A stretch of 64,000 bases of DNA from Planctomycetota bacterium (lineage in GTDB: Bacteria; Planctomycetota; Phycisphaerae; UBA1845): assembly GCA_024276605.1 (NCBI GenBank), contig JAJRWX010000023.1, positions 81,538-145,537 of the forward strand. The letters run 5' to 3'. A program made the translations under genes and the position numbers. Every line of letters begins with the position of its first letter. Positions within the stretch are counted from its first letter, which is position 1. Positions 36,556 to 45,067 of this stretch are shown here, piece after piece. The notes under the pieces were generated by a model. The model searched no databases, was not told the origin of the DNA, and saw nothing but the letters and a program-made list of their open reading frames with translations.

Positions 36556-38325
36556 ATGCGGCTGGTTAGTCTACCGATAACTATAAGGATCAACCGGTTT
36601 CACGGGTGGATCGAGCCAGTGCAGATACCAACATCGAATTCGCTGAACGGATCACCGTCTTTGTCGCCGGAACTACGCGCCGTTAAAGTCCTGGCCACCC
36701 TTCTGATCCTTCTTTCCCTCGCAGCCAATCCATTCACGCTGGAACGCGTGCTGACCCCCGATGGATACATTAGCGCCCCTGGGACGGTCTTCGAGATTCT
36801 ACTTACCGAAGCGGCGATCCTTCTGTGCGGGCTAGCCGCTTATCGTCACCCGGTGGGGGTTATTCGAATAGTCACTGATAATGCACTCATCAGGCTAATA
36901 TCCGTCTCGTACAGTCAATGCCTATACGCGGTATGTTTTTCGACTGCCTCATTGGCTACGTTGCTCGCAGGTGGTCTCATTGTGCTTGCCTATCAGGATC
37001 AGCAGGTATACCCACCGCTTTCACGCTTCTCGACTATTTCGACCAATCATATATCGCTTTTGATGACGACTGCCGGCATGGCCGTAGTTTGTGCCGTGTA
37101 CCTGTTTCGCCGCTCGCGCAGGGCATTCTTGTTCAGCAGCATCCTGTACTTAGGTGTAACTACTGTGACACTCTTTCTGTGCGAGATCACCACTTCCTTT
37201 TTCGTTCCGCCGTGGCCTGCACGCGGGCTGCACGGCGTCTCACCGGAACTCGGCCCACTGTTTTCCGAACGTTATGTGGATGAGGAGGATAAGATTCGCT
37301 GCAATTCATGGGGGCAGCGGGATCGAGAGCGAACAATCAATCCCCACCCTCTTGTCCATCGTATCGCTTTCGTGGGAGATTCCTTTCTCGAATGCTCTCC
37401 GGTTCCCGTCTCCCTGCGCGTTGAGGAGATGATCGACCGTGCAGATGTCGAAGTTCTCAACCTTGGGGTCAGTGCCACCGCACCGGATGAGTACTACTAC
37501 CGAATACGCAACATCGCGATACCGCTGGGGATCAAGCACTGTTACTACTTTTTCTTCACCGGAAACGACTTCATCAGCAATCCGACCCTTCAGAGCCGTT
37601 TTGGGATCATGGCTACTTACCCACGAGATAGCCTTCTGACCACACTGGGATTGCATTCATTGAATCATGTCTTAATGAACAACAATCGACCGATCTTTGC
37701 AGCATGGAGATCATCCAGTCAATCGGACCTGATGAACGGACACCTTCAAGACACGGTCTCCCTGGCCGATGATGCGGATGCGATAGAGGCACTGCTTTCT
37801 TTGGTCCCCGATTCGAGCAGGCACACTGTTGCAGGTGAACTCGCCCAAAAGGATCTGAGCGGCTTTCTTGATATGCTCCGCAACCCTGACGGCGGCCTGT
37901 TTGGCAGCCGCTTCTTAACTATGGCTTTGAAGGCTGCCGGGGGAGAATGGAAGACAAAGCAGCCTGAACCTCAACGCTTAGCCTATCATTGGCTGGCCCG
38001 CGCCAAGGCGGCGTGTGACGATCACGGGGTGGGTTTCACAGTCGTCACTATTCCAGCATCATTTCAGGTCGATCCCCGGGTCCAGCAACAGTGGCAGCCT
38101 CTAGTGGATATGAAACGACTTACCACTCATATGAAGGAGGGTAACGACATACTCATTGAACGACTCCGCGCAGAGGGAATTGATTACATCGACTTGCATC
38201 CTGTGCTCGACGGCCAAGCTGGGGCCTACTTCAACCTTGACGGCCATTGGGCACGCCACGGTGTTGATCTCGTCTCCGCCGCCCTCATAATCCACGTTCA
38301 AAGGGTTTGCGATAATCATAATTGA
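36556..38325 (+). CDS. membrane-anchored SGNH/GDSL-like hydrolase or acyltransferase (AlgX/AlgJ-like DxHW motif)
   Basis: 589 aa. The N-terminal ~220 aa contain several TM helices. Then block I FVGDSFLE, block III FFFTGNDF, and C-terminal NLDGHWARHG (D-x-H). Confidence 0.6.
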   Translation: MRLVSLPITIRINRFHGWIEPVQIPTSNSLNGSPSLSPELRAVKVLATLLILLSLAANPFTLERVLTPDGYISAPGTVFEILLTEAAILLCGLAAYRHPVGVIRIVTDNALIRLISVSYSQCLYAVCFSTASLATLLAGGLIVLAYQDQQVYPPLSRFSTISTNHISLLMTTAGMAVVCAVYLFRRSRRAFLFSSILYLGVTTVTLFLCEITTSFFVPPWPARGLHGVSPELGPLFSERYVDEEDKIRCNSWGQRDRERTINPHPLVHRIAFVGDSFLECSPVPVSLRVEEMIDRADVEVLNLGVSATAPDEYYYRIRNIAIPLGIKHCYYFFFTGNDFISNPTLQSRFGIMATYPRDSLLTTLGLHSLNHVLMNNNRPIFAAWRSSSQSDLMNGHLQDTVSLADDADAIEALLSLVPDSSRHTVAGELAQKDLSGFLDMLRNPDGGLFGSRFLTMALKAAGGEWKTKQPEPQRLAYHWLARAKAACDDHGVGFTVVTIPASFQVDPRVQQQWQPLVDMKRLTTHMKEGNDILIERLRAEGIDYIDLHPVLDGQAGAYFNLDGHWARHGVDLVSAALIIHVQRVCDNHN

Positions 38326-38627
38326 CTCACTGGACGAGCCATTTGCTCTTACGCATCGCGATTTCCGATAATCTCACCCGCGAAAAACCAGGAGCTTGTC
38401 TACATGGCCAACCGCAAACGGTGGTATCTTATCCTTCGATATGGCCATGTTGGTTTTCGTGGTAAACTGAAGGGCCAACGGAGTTCTTGGTTTCGGGATG
38501 TGCATTGTTTTGCAATGGGTTAGGGCTCAAAAAGTTTCAAGTTCCAACTCGGCCAAGCCATAATGCGATGTAAGCTCCTACTTACCATTGATTGAAATGT
38601 AACGACAGTGATGATAAAAATACTTTC

Positions 38628-39833
38628 ATGAGTTCGTTTCGAATAAAAGGTGTTGTTAGATTCGCCGATCGCATGCGCCGTGAGTTGTCCGGTGTGGTTT
38701 CAGCCGAACGCAAAGTACAACTGCGCGGTGAGGTGATCGATTTGATCCGACAAGTTGATCAGATTGTCGTTAGCCGAGGTGCGCATATTGATATGCTACC
38801 CTTACCAACCCGCCGAGCTTACCACTTCCTCGCGAATTTGGATTTCAACGCGACTGCCTCTGACGCGGCACCGGATCCGACTGAATCGCCTGAATCATTG
38901 GCGGGCACGATTCGATTAGTTGGTGTGAAATCCTACTGGCAGAGTATCATGAAGCAATTAGCTATAGCGTCGCCGACCCATGATAGCGACGAACTCCACG
39001 AATCAATTCGTACATCCAGTGAGAGAATCGATCGCTATCTGGAAGCGCAAAGTTTGGGAGCGAGAGACTTAACAATTCAATCTCGTAAAATCCGTAGTTG
39101 GCTGGCCTTCTTCGCGACCCGTCAGAACTTCGATGCGTATGTTATGGCCATAGATCGAGCCAGACCCGTTTTTGAGGATGTTCTGCTGCGAACTGAGCGG
39201 TTTCATGTGCCGGCGATGATTGAGTTCCAACAAGTCTCCAGCCTGTACAAATTGCGTGGGTGCCGCCACGAAACCCGGGTAATGCTTCCAACTCCGATGA
39301 TCGTTTTCTCCACAGAACTCTTTTCGCATCTTGCCAACGCATCGCTAACCAACGGCAACAAAGAGTTGGTCATGGCGGCTACAGCGGGGAGAGAGTACCA
39401 GCGCATTCAGGCGGAGTTAGAAGCACTGAGTGGCCTGGAGGATCGCGCCGGCGGTGTCTATCGTGATCTCGGAGCCTCTTTCAAACGCATCAACGAAAAG
39501 TACTTTAGCGGTTCGATGCCCCGGCCACGCCTGACATGGAGCCAATCGTTCACTGGCAGAAAATTCGGACACTACGACTTTATCCGCGACATGGTGATGA
39601 TCAGTTGTAGCTTGGATCGAAACGAAGTGCCTCAGTACGTGCTCGACTTTGTCGTCTACCACGAGTTGTTGCACAAGAAGCTTGGCGTTGACTGGCGTAA
39701 TGGGCGAGCCAAAGCACACACGCGCGAGTTTCGTATTCAGGAACGCATGTTCGAACGATATTGCGAGGCGGAAGCGTCCTTACAGGAACTCGCCAACAGC
39801 GATTCATCATACACATCGCTTCGTTCGTGTTAG
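38628..39833 (+). CDS. protein with a C-terminal SprT-like/HExxH zinc-metallopeptidase-like domain and an unrecognised ~290-aa N-terminal region
   Basis: C-terminal FKRINEKYFSGSMPRPRLTWSQSFTGRKFGHYDF...ISCSLD...VLDFVVYHELLHKKLG...AHTREF matches the SprT-like pattern (..yF.g.lp...i.ws.r.....G......I.ls......HExxH). Start taken at ATG 38628. Confidence 0.55.
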   Translation: MSSFRIKGVVRFADRMRRELSGVVSAERKVQLRGEVIDLIRQVDQIVVSRGAHIDMLPLPTRRAYHFLANLDFNATASDAAPDPTESPESLAGTIRLVGVKSYWQSIMKQLAIASPTHDSDELHESIRTSSERIDRYLEAQSLGARDLTIQSRKIRSWLAFFATRQNFDAYVMAIDRARPVFEDVLLRTERFHVPAMIEFQQVSSLYKLRGCRHETRVMLPTPMIVFSTELFSHLANASLTNGNKELVMAATAGREYQRIQAELEALSGLEDRAGGVYRDLGASFKRINEKYFSGSMPRPRLTWSQSFTGRKFGHYDFIRDMVMISCSLDRNEVPQYVLDFVVYHELLHKKLGVDWRNGRAKAHTREFRIQERMFERYCEAEASLQELANSDSSYTSLRSC

Positions 39834-39965
39834 GTTGGAGCAGACCAAACCCATCATCTCGGGTGGATGTGTCGTCAATATGACTGCGACGGATGAGTTT
39901 ACAGTGCCATAGCGTAGCAATTAAAGGGGATGCCTGAGTCGTGAAATGGAGTATGCGCTCTTACA

Positions 39966-40586
39966 CTACATACGTCGAGCCTCTCTGTATTGGCTCAACC
40001 GGTAGTAGAGCTTGCGCGTACTCATACCAAGTTCCGCTGCGGCCGCTGCGCGGTTGCCGTGATGCCTGTCTAGTGCTGCGGTAATACATTCGTATTCGAT
40101 TTCGTGCATTGTTTGTGGAAATTCCGGCCGGCTCACATCGTTGGCTTGATCCGTCGGGATTAGTGGAATGTTGTCAGCATGATCCTCCGGCACCTCGTAC
40201 CGTATGCGCCAAGATCGATGGAGTGCCCGTTCAATGTCACCTAGTGATGCGGGCTTCGTCAGAAACTCTACAACACCCAGTTGGATGGCTCGCTGCGCCG
40301 CCTCCAAAGTTCCAAACCCGGTAAGAATCACTGCAGAAGTGGACGGCCAGCGTTCACGTACGATTTCAAAGCACCGCAAACCGTCCATGCATGGGAGGTT
40401 AAGATCCAGCATGACCATGTCGCATGGATCTTGCTCCATGATCACAATGGCCTCCTCAGCGGAACGCGCCGCCTTGGCACGGAATCCGCATTCTTGCGCA
40501 CTCGACACTAGGACATCACGCAGGCGCGGTTCATCCTCCACGACCAATACGGTGGTCTCTTCGGTCGGCTTGAGGCATCTGGTCAT
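39966..40586 (-). CDS. response regulator, REC + Fis-type HTH (no AAA+ domain)
   Basis: VLVVEDEPRLRDVL...DMVMLDLNLPCMDG...LTKP. C-terminal IEYECITAALDRHHGNRAAAAAELGMSTRKLYYRLSQY. The ATGA overlaps the upstream kinase stop (40583-40586). Confidence 0.85.
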   Translation of the reverse strand: MTRCLKPTEETTVLVVEDEPRLRDVLVSSAQECGFRAKAARSAEEAIVIMEQDPCDMVMLDLNLPCMDGLRCFEIVRERWPSTSAVILTGFGTLEAAQRAIQLGVVEFLTKPASLGDIERALHRSWRIRYEVPEDHADNIPLIPTDQANDVSRPEFPQTMHEIEYECITAALDRHHGNRAAAAAELGMSTRKLYYRLSQYREARRM

Positions 40587-42079
40587 GCTTCGGTTGCCTT
40601 TTCAGAAAACACTGGGAGTTTAACAGTGAAGCGACTGCCACAATTTGGACCATCGCTCTGGGCCGTAATTCGACCACCATGCGATTCAACAATTGCATGA
40701 GTAATCGACAGGCCAAGTCCGAGGCCCCGCCTTTTAGACGCCGTTCGTTGGGTATAGAACGGATCGAACACGTGTTCACGCGTCTCGTCCGTCATGCCGT
40801 AACCGTTATCCGAGACCACAAGCTCTATGGTACCGTTGTGGCGCCGACCTTCAAGCTGCACTTCGCCCACATCCGGCTCCACGGCTTCCAGGGCGTTGAT
40901 GGTAAGATTAAGCACTACCTGCCGAAGTTCCGTTTCATTGCCCAACACATCCGAACCGGGAGTACATCGGACGGTGACTTTTCGACCACGATATTGCTTC
41001 AATGATCGCAGCATCGTTGCGACATCGTCCACGATTTGATCGAGGGGTACGCATTCGCGTTCGGCATCACCGCCGGAGGACAAGGACAACAGTTTTTCAA
41101 TGATTCCCTTACAACGAAAGGATTCGTCGCGGATAATACGGAGTGCCTGTCCAATGTTTTCCTGGTCTGGTTCGTGCGTCCACTTGCGCATGCGCCGTAG
41201 CGTAAGTTCGGCGTGCCCTGAAATGATATTAAGCGGGTTATTGATTTCGTGCGCAACACCGGCCGCCAGGTAACCTACACCTGCTAGACGTTCTGAACGA
41301 ACAAGTTCTCGGCTTTTTTCTCGAACGCGCAGCTCTAGGTCACGGTAAAGGTCGTCAAGCTCAACCGCCATCTGGTTGAAATCTCGGGTAAGCTGACCAA
41401 ACTCATCATCATGGGTAAGTGGAAGTCGCTTGTCGAACCGACCGGATGCGAGCGTCCGCACAGTGTCACGAAGGCGGCGTATGGGTACCACCACACTACG
41501 GTATAACGCAATGTTGACGAACACGGTCGCCACAATCATGGCACACGAAACGAGGGCCAGCACAATCAGCGTGATCTGGAGCGTTCGGCTCGATGCAAAC
41601 TGCGAAGAAGCAATCGTCTCGTCCATTTCAGTGGCAAGGTGTTTGAGTTGAGCCTGAGCCGCCTCGATATTGGCGATTGCTTCACTTATATCCACATCAC
41701 TGGTTTGAGTTGTCAGAAATGCTGACACCTTGCCCACATCCGCCTCCAGCGCTAACAGGTATCTATCTTCTTCCTCCTCGTGGGGGGCAATGTCCCTGTG
41801 CTGTTGATCCTGAAAACCGAGGAATTCACGTAATTCACCCATAGCTGCCGAAAGTTCGACGTTTGTGGATTCCGGCGTTGCTCCGGATTCGATCATGCCT
41901 TTTGCAGTCATGAGGTGTTCCTCAAGATTGAGGATCATGCGCAACTCGATGTACTCGTCCCGCGCAATTCTCACCGACTTCTGTGCGGCCATGAGTCCCC
42001 AAGCCGCTGATACGGCAACGAGAACGAGCGCTGCCACCAGGGCACATATCTTGAGGGTCATCCTTTTCGCGATCGTCAT
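40583..42079 (-). CDS. sensor histidine kinase (TM-periplasmic/helical sensor-TM-HAMP-HisKA-HATPase_c)
   Basis: 498 aa. Two TM segments, a HAMP region (VVPIRRLRDTVRTLASGRFDKRL), H-box AAGVAHEINNPLN, N box LNLTINALEA, G boxes DNGYGM / GLGLGLS. Confidence 0.85.
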   Translation of the reverse strand: MTIAKRMTLKICALVAALVLVAVSAAWGLMAAQKSVRIARDEYIELRMILNLEEHLMTAKGMIESGATPESTNVELSAAMGELREFLGFQDQQHRDIAPHEEEEDRYLLALEADVGKVSAFLTTQTSDVDISEAIANIEAAQAQLKHLATEMDETIASSQFASSRTLQITLIVLALVSCAMIVATVFVNIALYRSVVVPIRRLRDTVRTLASGRFDKRLPLTHDDEFGQLTRDFNQMAVELDDLYRDLELRVREKSRELVRSERLAGVGYLAAGVAHEINNPLNIISGHAELTLRRMRKWTHEPDQENIGQALRIIRDESFRCKGIIEKLLSLSSGGDAERECVPLDQIVDDVATMLRSLKQYRGRKVTVRCTPGSDVLGNETELRQVVLNLTINALEAVEPDVGEVQLEGRRHNGTIELVVSDNGYGMTDETREHVFDPFYTQRTASKRRGLGLGLSITHAIVESHGGRITAQSDGPNCGSRFTVKLPVFSEKATEA

Positions 42080-42299
42080 GGGTGTCTCCGTTTCAGTCGC
42101 GTTCTCATCATACTGCGGTTAGTCCCATGGGGGGAGTCCACTGCAAAATTTGCAGCTTTTCGCGTTGGTAACTAGTTCCGGGTTAGTCTATCCCCGTGAT
42201 CGCAGATGCCCGATACCCATAGTAGAGGCAGCGCGTGCGTACCGTAATTTCCATGGACGATCCGGCGGTGCAACAACGCGTTGACAATAGGTGCCATCA

Positions 42300-42800
42300 A
42301 TGCAGATTTTCCACACTTCCATTCCCGTACGAGAACCGAAGCGGGTCGCACAAGCGCTCGCCGAACTTGTTGAAGGCGCGACTTACGACTTTCTCCACCC
42401 TGGGTGTTATTTCGTAACGTTCGGCGAACCCGGATCACTCATCGAACTATATCGCAAGGAGATCGAACTCCACCCCGGTGAGCCGGGTAAACCGTGCGAA
42501 TTGCTTGACAGTGCCCCGACGAGACAATTCACCGGATCTCACACGGCCATAAGCGTGTCAGCCAGTGCAGATCGAGTACTGGAGATCGCCAACGCGTACA
42601 ACTGGCGTGCCGAAATCCACCGCAGGCGCGTGTTCCGCGTCATCGAGTTTTGGATTGAGAACGAATATATGTTGGAAGTCTTTCCACCCGAATTCGCATC
42701 CGAGTATCTGGCAGCATGCAAACTTGTTTGCTCCTCCGCGGTACAGGGTGAAATAACCAAGGGATTGGCATGCGCCCAGGAGTCGGAGGACCATCGATAA
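42300..42800 (+). CDS. VOC (glyoxalase/bleomycin-resistance/dioxygenase-like) superfamily protein
   Basis: MQIFHTSIPVREPKRVAQALAELV...HTAISV...FWIENEYMLEV has the beta-alpha-beta-beta-beta module pattern. The assignment is tentative. Its stop overlaps the next start (TAATG at 42798-42802). Confidence 0.5.
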   Translation: MQIFHTSIPVREPKRVAQALAELVEGATYDFLHPGCYFVTFGEPGSLIELYRKEIELHPGEPGKPCELLDSAPTRQFTGSHTAISVSASADRVLEIANAYNWRAEIHRRRVFRVIEFWIENEYMLEVFPPEFASEYLAACKLVCSSAVQGEITKGLACAQESEDHR

Positions 42801-45067
42801 TGCACCGCGTGTTCCAAGACATTAACCTCTGCACCCAGCCGATCGCTGACCAGAACCGAGCGAATGCGACGGACATCATCGCCGCTGTACTCGACAGTCA
42901 GCCCATGCGCGCGTTGCGTTTCGTATTCGACCGCCAAGACTTGCAGGTCGATCCAAAACCCATCGTATACAAAGACCTCTCCGATTCCCTGGTCCGTTTG
43001 ATGTTCCCTGTCACGAACGGCCCCATTGTTGATGGTGCCATTGTGTCAGTGGTTTGCTTGTTCGATCGGCAGTTGGATCGAACGTTATACGCTCATCCCA
43101 TGCACGCCGGCCCCGGCATCAACCCACTGGTTCGACATCTCGACGGGCCGATGGCTGCCCCGAAATCACAAGACAATGTCGATGGGGCGCGTGCCAGTCG
43201 ACGTATCATCGAACACAAACAGGCTATCTGGCATCGTTTCATTCAAGAACGATCCCGCTTGGGTGAGGAAGAAGCCGGGCGGCGATGGCGCGAAAGCTAC
43301 TACTGGTCGCTGCAACGTCTGTACTTTTGCGCCTGCTGTACGCAGTGCACCTGGGGAAGTCCGTTCTTTGACGGACCGGATCCCTCATGGCCACGCCAAG
43401 CGGTGGTTGCGATGCCTTCGAATCTTTCGCTTCCGTTAGATGAAAAGTACGCCGCCATTGTTGATGACATTATTTCCAGTGATACCTGGCGTGTGGAAGT
43501 AGCCTATGCGCGTCGCGGGGGATTCTCCGTCATCGAACATCCGCGTTTGGTTAAGGCGTTGGATGGTGATTTCATTCAGATCATTTTTCCTACCAATGTA
43601 TCTCAGATACAAGCTGGAGCGCTTGTAGCTGTTTCGTTCACTTATCACATGCCCTCGCGCAGTGTAGCCATTGCACATTGTCTTTGTGCGGGGGCCGAAT
43701 CGGAAATCCAATTCCTGAAAGGTGATGTGGCTTTTGGTTTGCCTCAGCCCCAATCGGGAAAGGCCGGTGAAGAGGCGAGAACCCAGTACCGTTCATGGCG
43801 ACGCCGTGCTTGGTCGCAATTTTGGTTGAACGAACTGGAAAGCGGACTTGCCATAGCAAGTGAACTATGGATTAACGATCTATGGGTTTCGTTGGAAGCA
43901 TTGTTCGGCGGCAACGATATTGCCCACGAATCAGAACATTCGTTGTCACTGACAGATCACGAGAACTCAGAAAACGCCTTAGCCGATCGCCGAGCACCGG
44001 TACTCCCACCCCAAGCACTTGAGAACATAGGTGGACGATGCTTTACAGGGCACGCGATGAACCGTCGACCAAAGAAACTTCGCGCTCTTGGTCTATCGAC
44101 GCTCATGGTGAACCTGGGGCGGCGATGCAATCAGGCTTGTCAACATTGCCATATAGATGCCGGTCCCGATCGAACGGAAGAAATGACGCGTGAGACCGTG
44201 GACTATGTGCTTCGTGCCCTTAGCCGCTTCAGTATTGAAACCCTCGATATAACTGGCGGTGCTCCGGAAATGAATCCTCATTTTCGACACCTTGCCCGCG
44301 AGGCAACTCGATTGGGATGCCGGGTTGTTGACAGGTGTAACCTGACGATATTTTTCGAACCGGGCTACGAAGACTTGCCAGAATTTTTAGCAGAACATGG
44401 CATTCACATAACAGCGTCATTACCGTCAGACGAAGCGGATACAGCTGATCGTCAACGGGGAGTCGGCAGCTTCGCCAAGAGTATCGCGGCATTGCAGAAG
44501 TTAAACCAACTAGGGTATGGCCAACCTGAAACAGATTTGACACTGAACCTTGTCTGCAACCCTTCCGGCATTGATCTCGGAGCACCGCAGGATGAAATGG
44601 AACGACAATACAAGCGCGAACTGTTGAATCGTTTTGGCATCGTGTTTGACCGGTTATTTGCCATGAACAACATGCCCATCAACCGCTTTGAACATTACTT
44701 GAAACGCGAAGGGCAGTGGTCATCGTATATGACTCTACTCGTAGGGGCGTTTAATGCTGACACCGCAGACGGTTTGATGTGCCGGCGCACCCTATCCGTA
44801 GGATACGATGGACGTCTGTATGACTGCGATTTCAATCAGGTGATGGACATTCCACTAAAATCCAACCTCCCTACTCACATCCGTGACCTCGACGCTTCCA
44901 TATTGCAATCACGTGAGATAAACACAGCTAGCCATTGCTTCGGATGCACGGCTGGGGCAGGCTCGTCATGCAACGGTGCCTTGGTCGTTGCATCTTGCAC
45001 CGCGAAGACGAGTGATATTGGAAATCGCCAATCGGGCAGCATACAAACACACGAGGCACATGCATGA
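42800..45067 (+). CDS. fusion protein: unrecognised duplicated N-terminal region (~420 aa) + ArsS-family radical SAM/Cys-rich domain (TIGR04167/DUF3641-like)
   Basis: CX3CX2C cluster CNQACQHC at 44126-44149. ETLDITGGAPEMNP. C-terminal Cys-rich tail YDGRLYDCDFNQ...HCFGCTAGAGSSCNG is typical of the ArsS-type radical SAM subfamily. The N-terminal part has two related ~150-aa modules. Confidence 0.75.
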   Translation: MHRVFQDINLCTQPIADQNRANATDIIAAVLDSQPMRALRFVFDRQDLQVDPKPIVYKDLSDSLVRLMFPVTNGPIVDGAIVSVVCLFDRQLDRTLYAHPMHAGPGINPLVRHLDGPMAAPKSQDNVDGARASRRIIEHKQAIWHRFIQERSRLGEEEAGRRWRESYYWSLQRLYFCACCTQCTWGSPFFDGPDPSWPRQAVVAMPSNLSLPLDEKYAAIVDDIISSDTWRVEVAYARRGGFSVIEHPRLVKALDGDFIQIIFPTNVSQIQAGALVAVSFTYHMPSRSVAIAHCLCAGAESEIQFLKGDVAFGLPQPQSGKAGEEARTQYRSWRRRAWSQFWLNELESGLAIASELWINDLWVSLEALFGGNDIAHESEHSLSLTDHENSENALADRRAPVLPPQALENIGGRCFTGHAMNRRPKKLRALGLSTLMVNLGRRCNQACQHCHIDAGPDRTEEMTRETVDYVLRALSRFSIETLDITGGAPEMNPHFRHLAREATRLGCRVVDRCNLTIFFEPGYEDLPEFLAEHGIHITASLPSDEADTADRQRGVGSFAKSIAALQKLNQLGYGQPETDLTLNLVCNPSGIDLGAPQDEMERQYKRELLNRFGIVFDRLFAMNNMPINRFEHYLKREGQWSSYMTLLVGAFNADTADGLMCRRTLSVGYDGRLYDCDFNQVMDIPLKSNLPTHIRDLDASILQSREINTASHCFGCTAGAGSSCNGALVVASCTAKTSDIGNRQSGSIQTHEAHA

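Noticed and set aside
34291-39900. Genomic island integrated at tRNA-Arg.
   Set aside because: There is no integrase or recombinase, and I could find no direct repeat of the tRNA 3' end downstream. The accessory-looking genes here have no mobile-element hallmarks.
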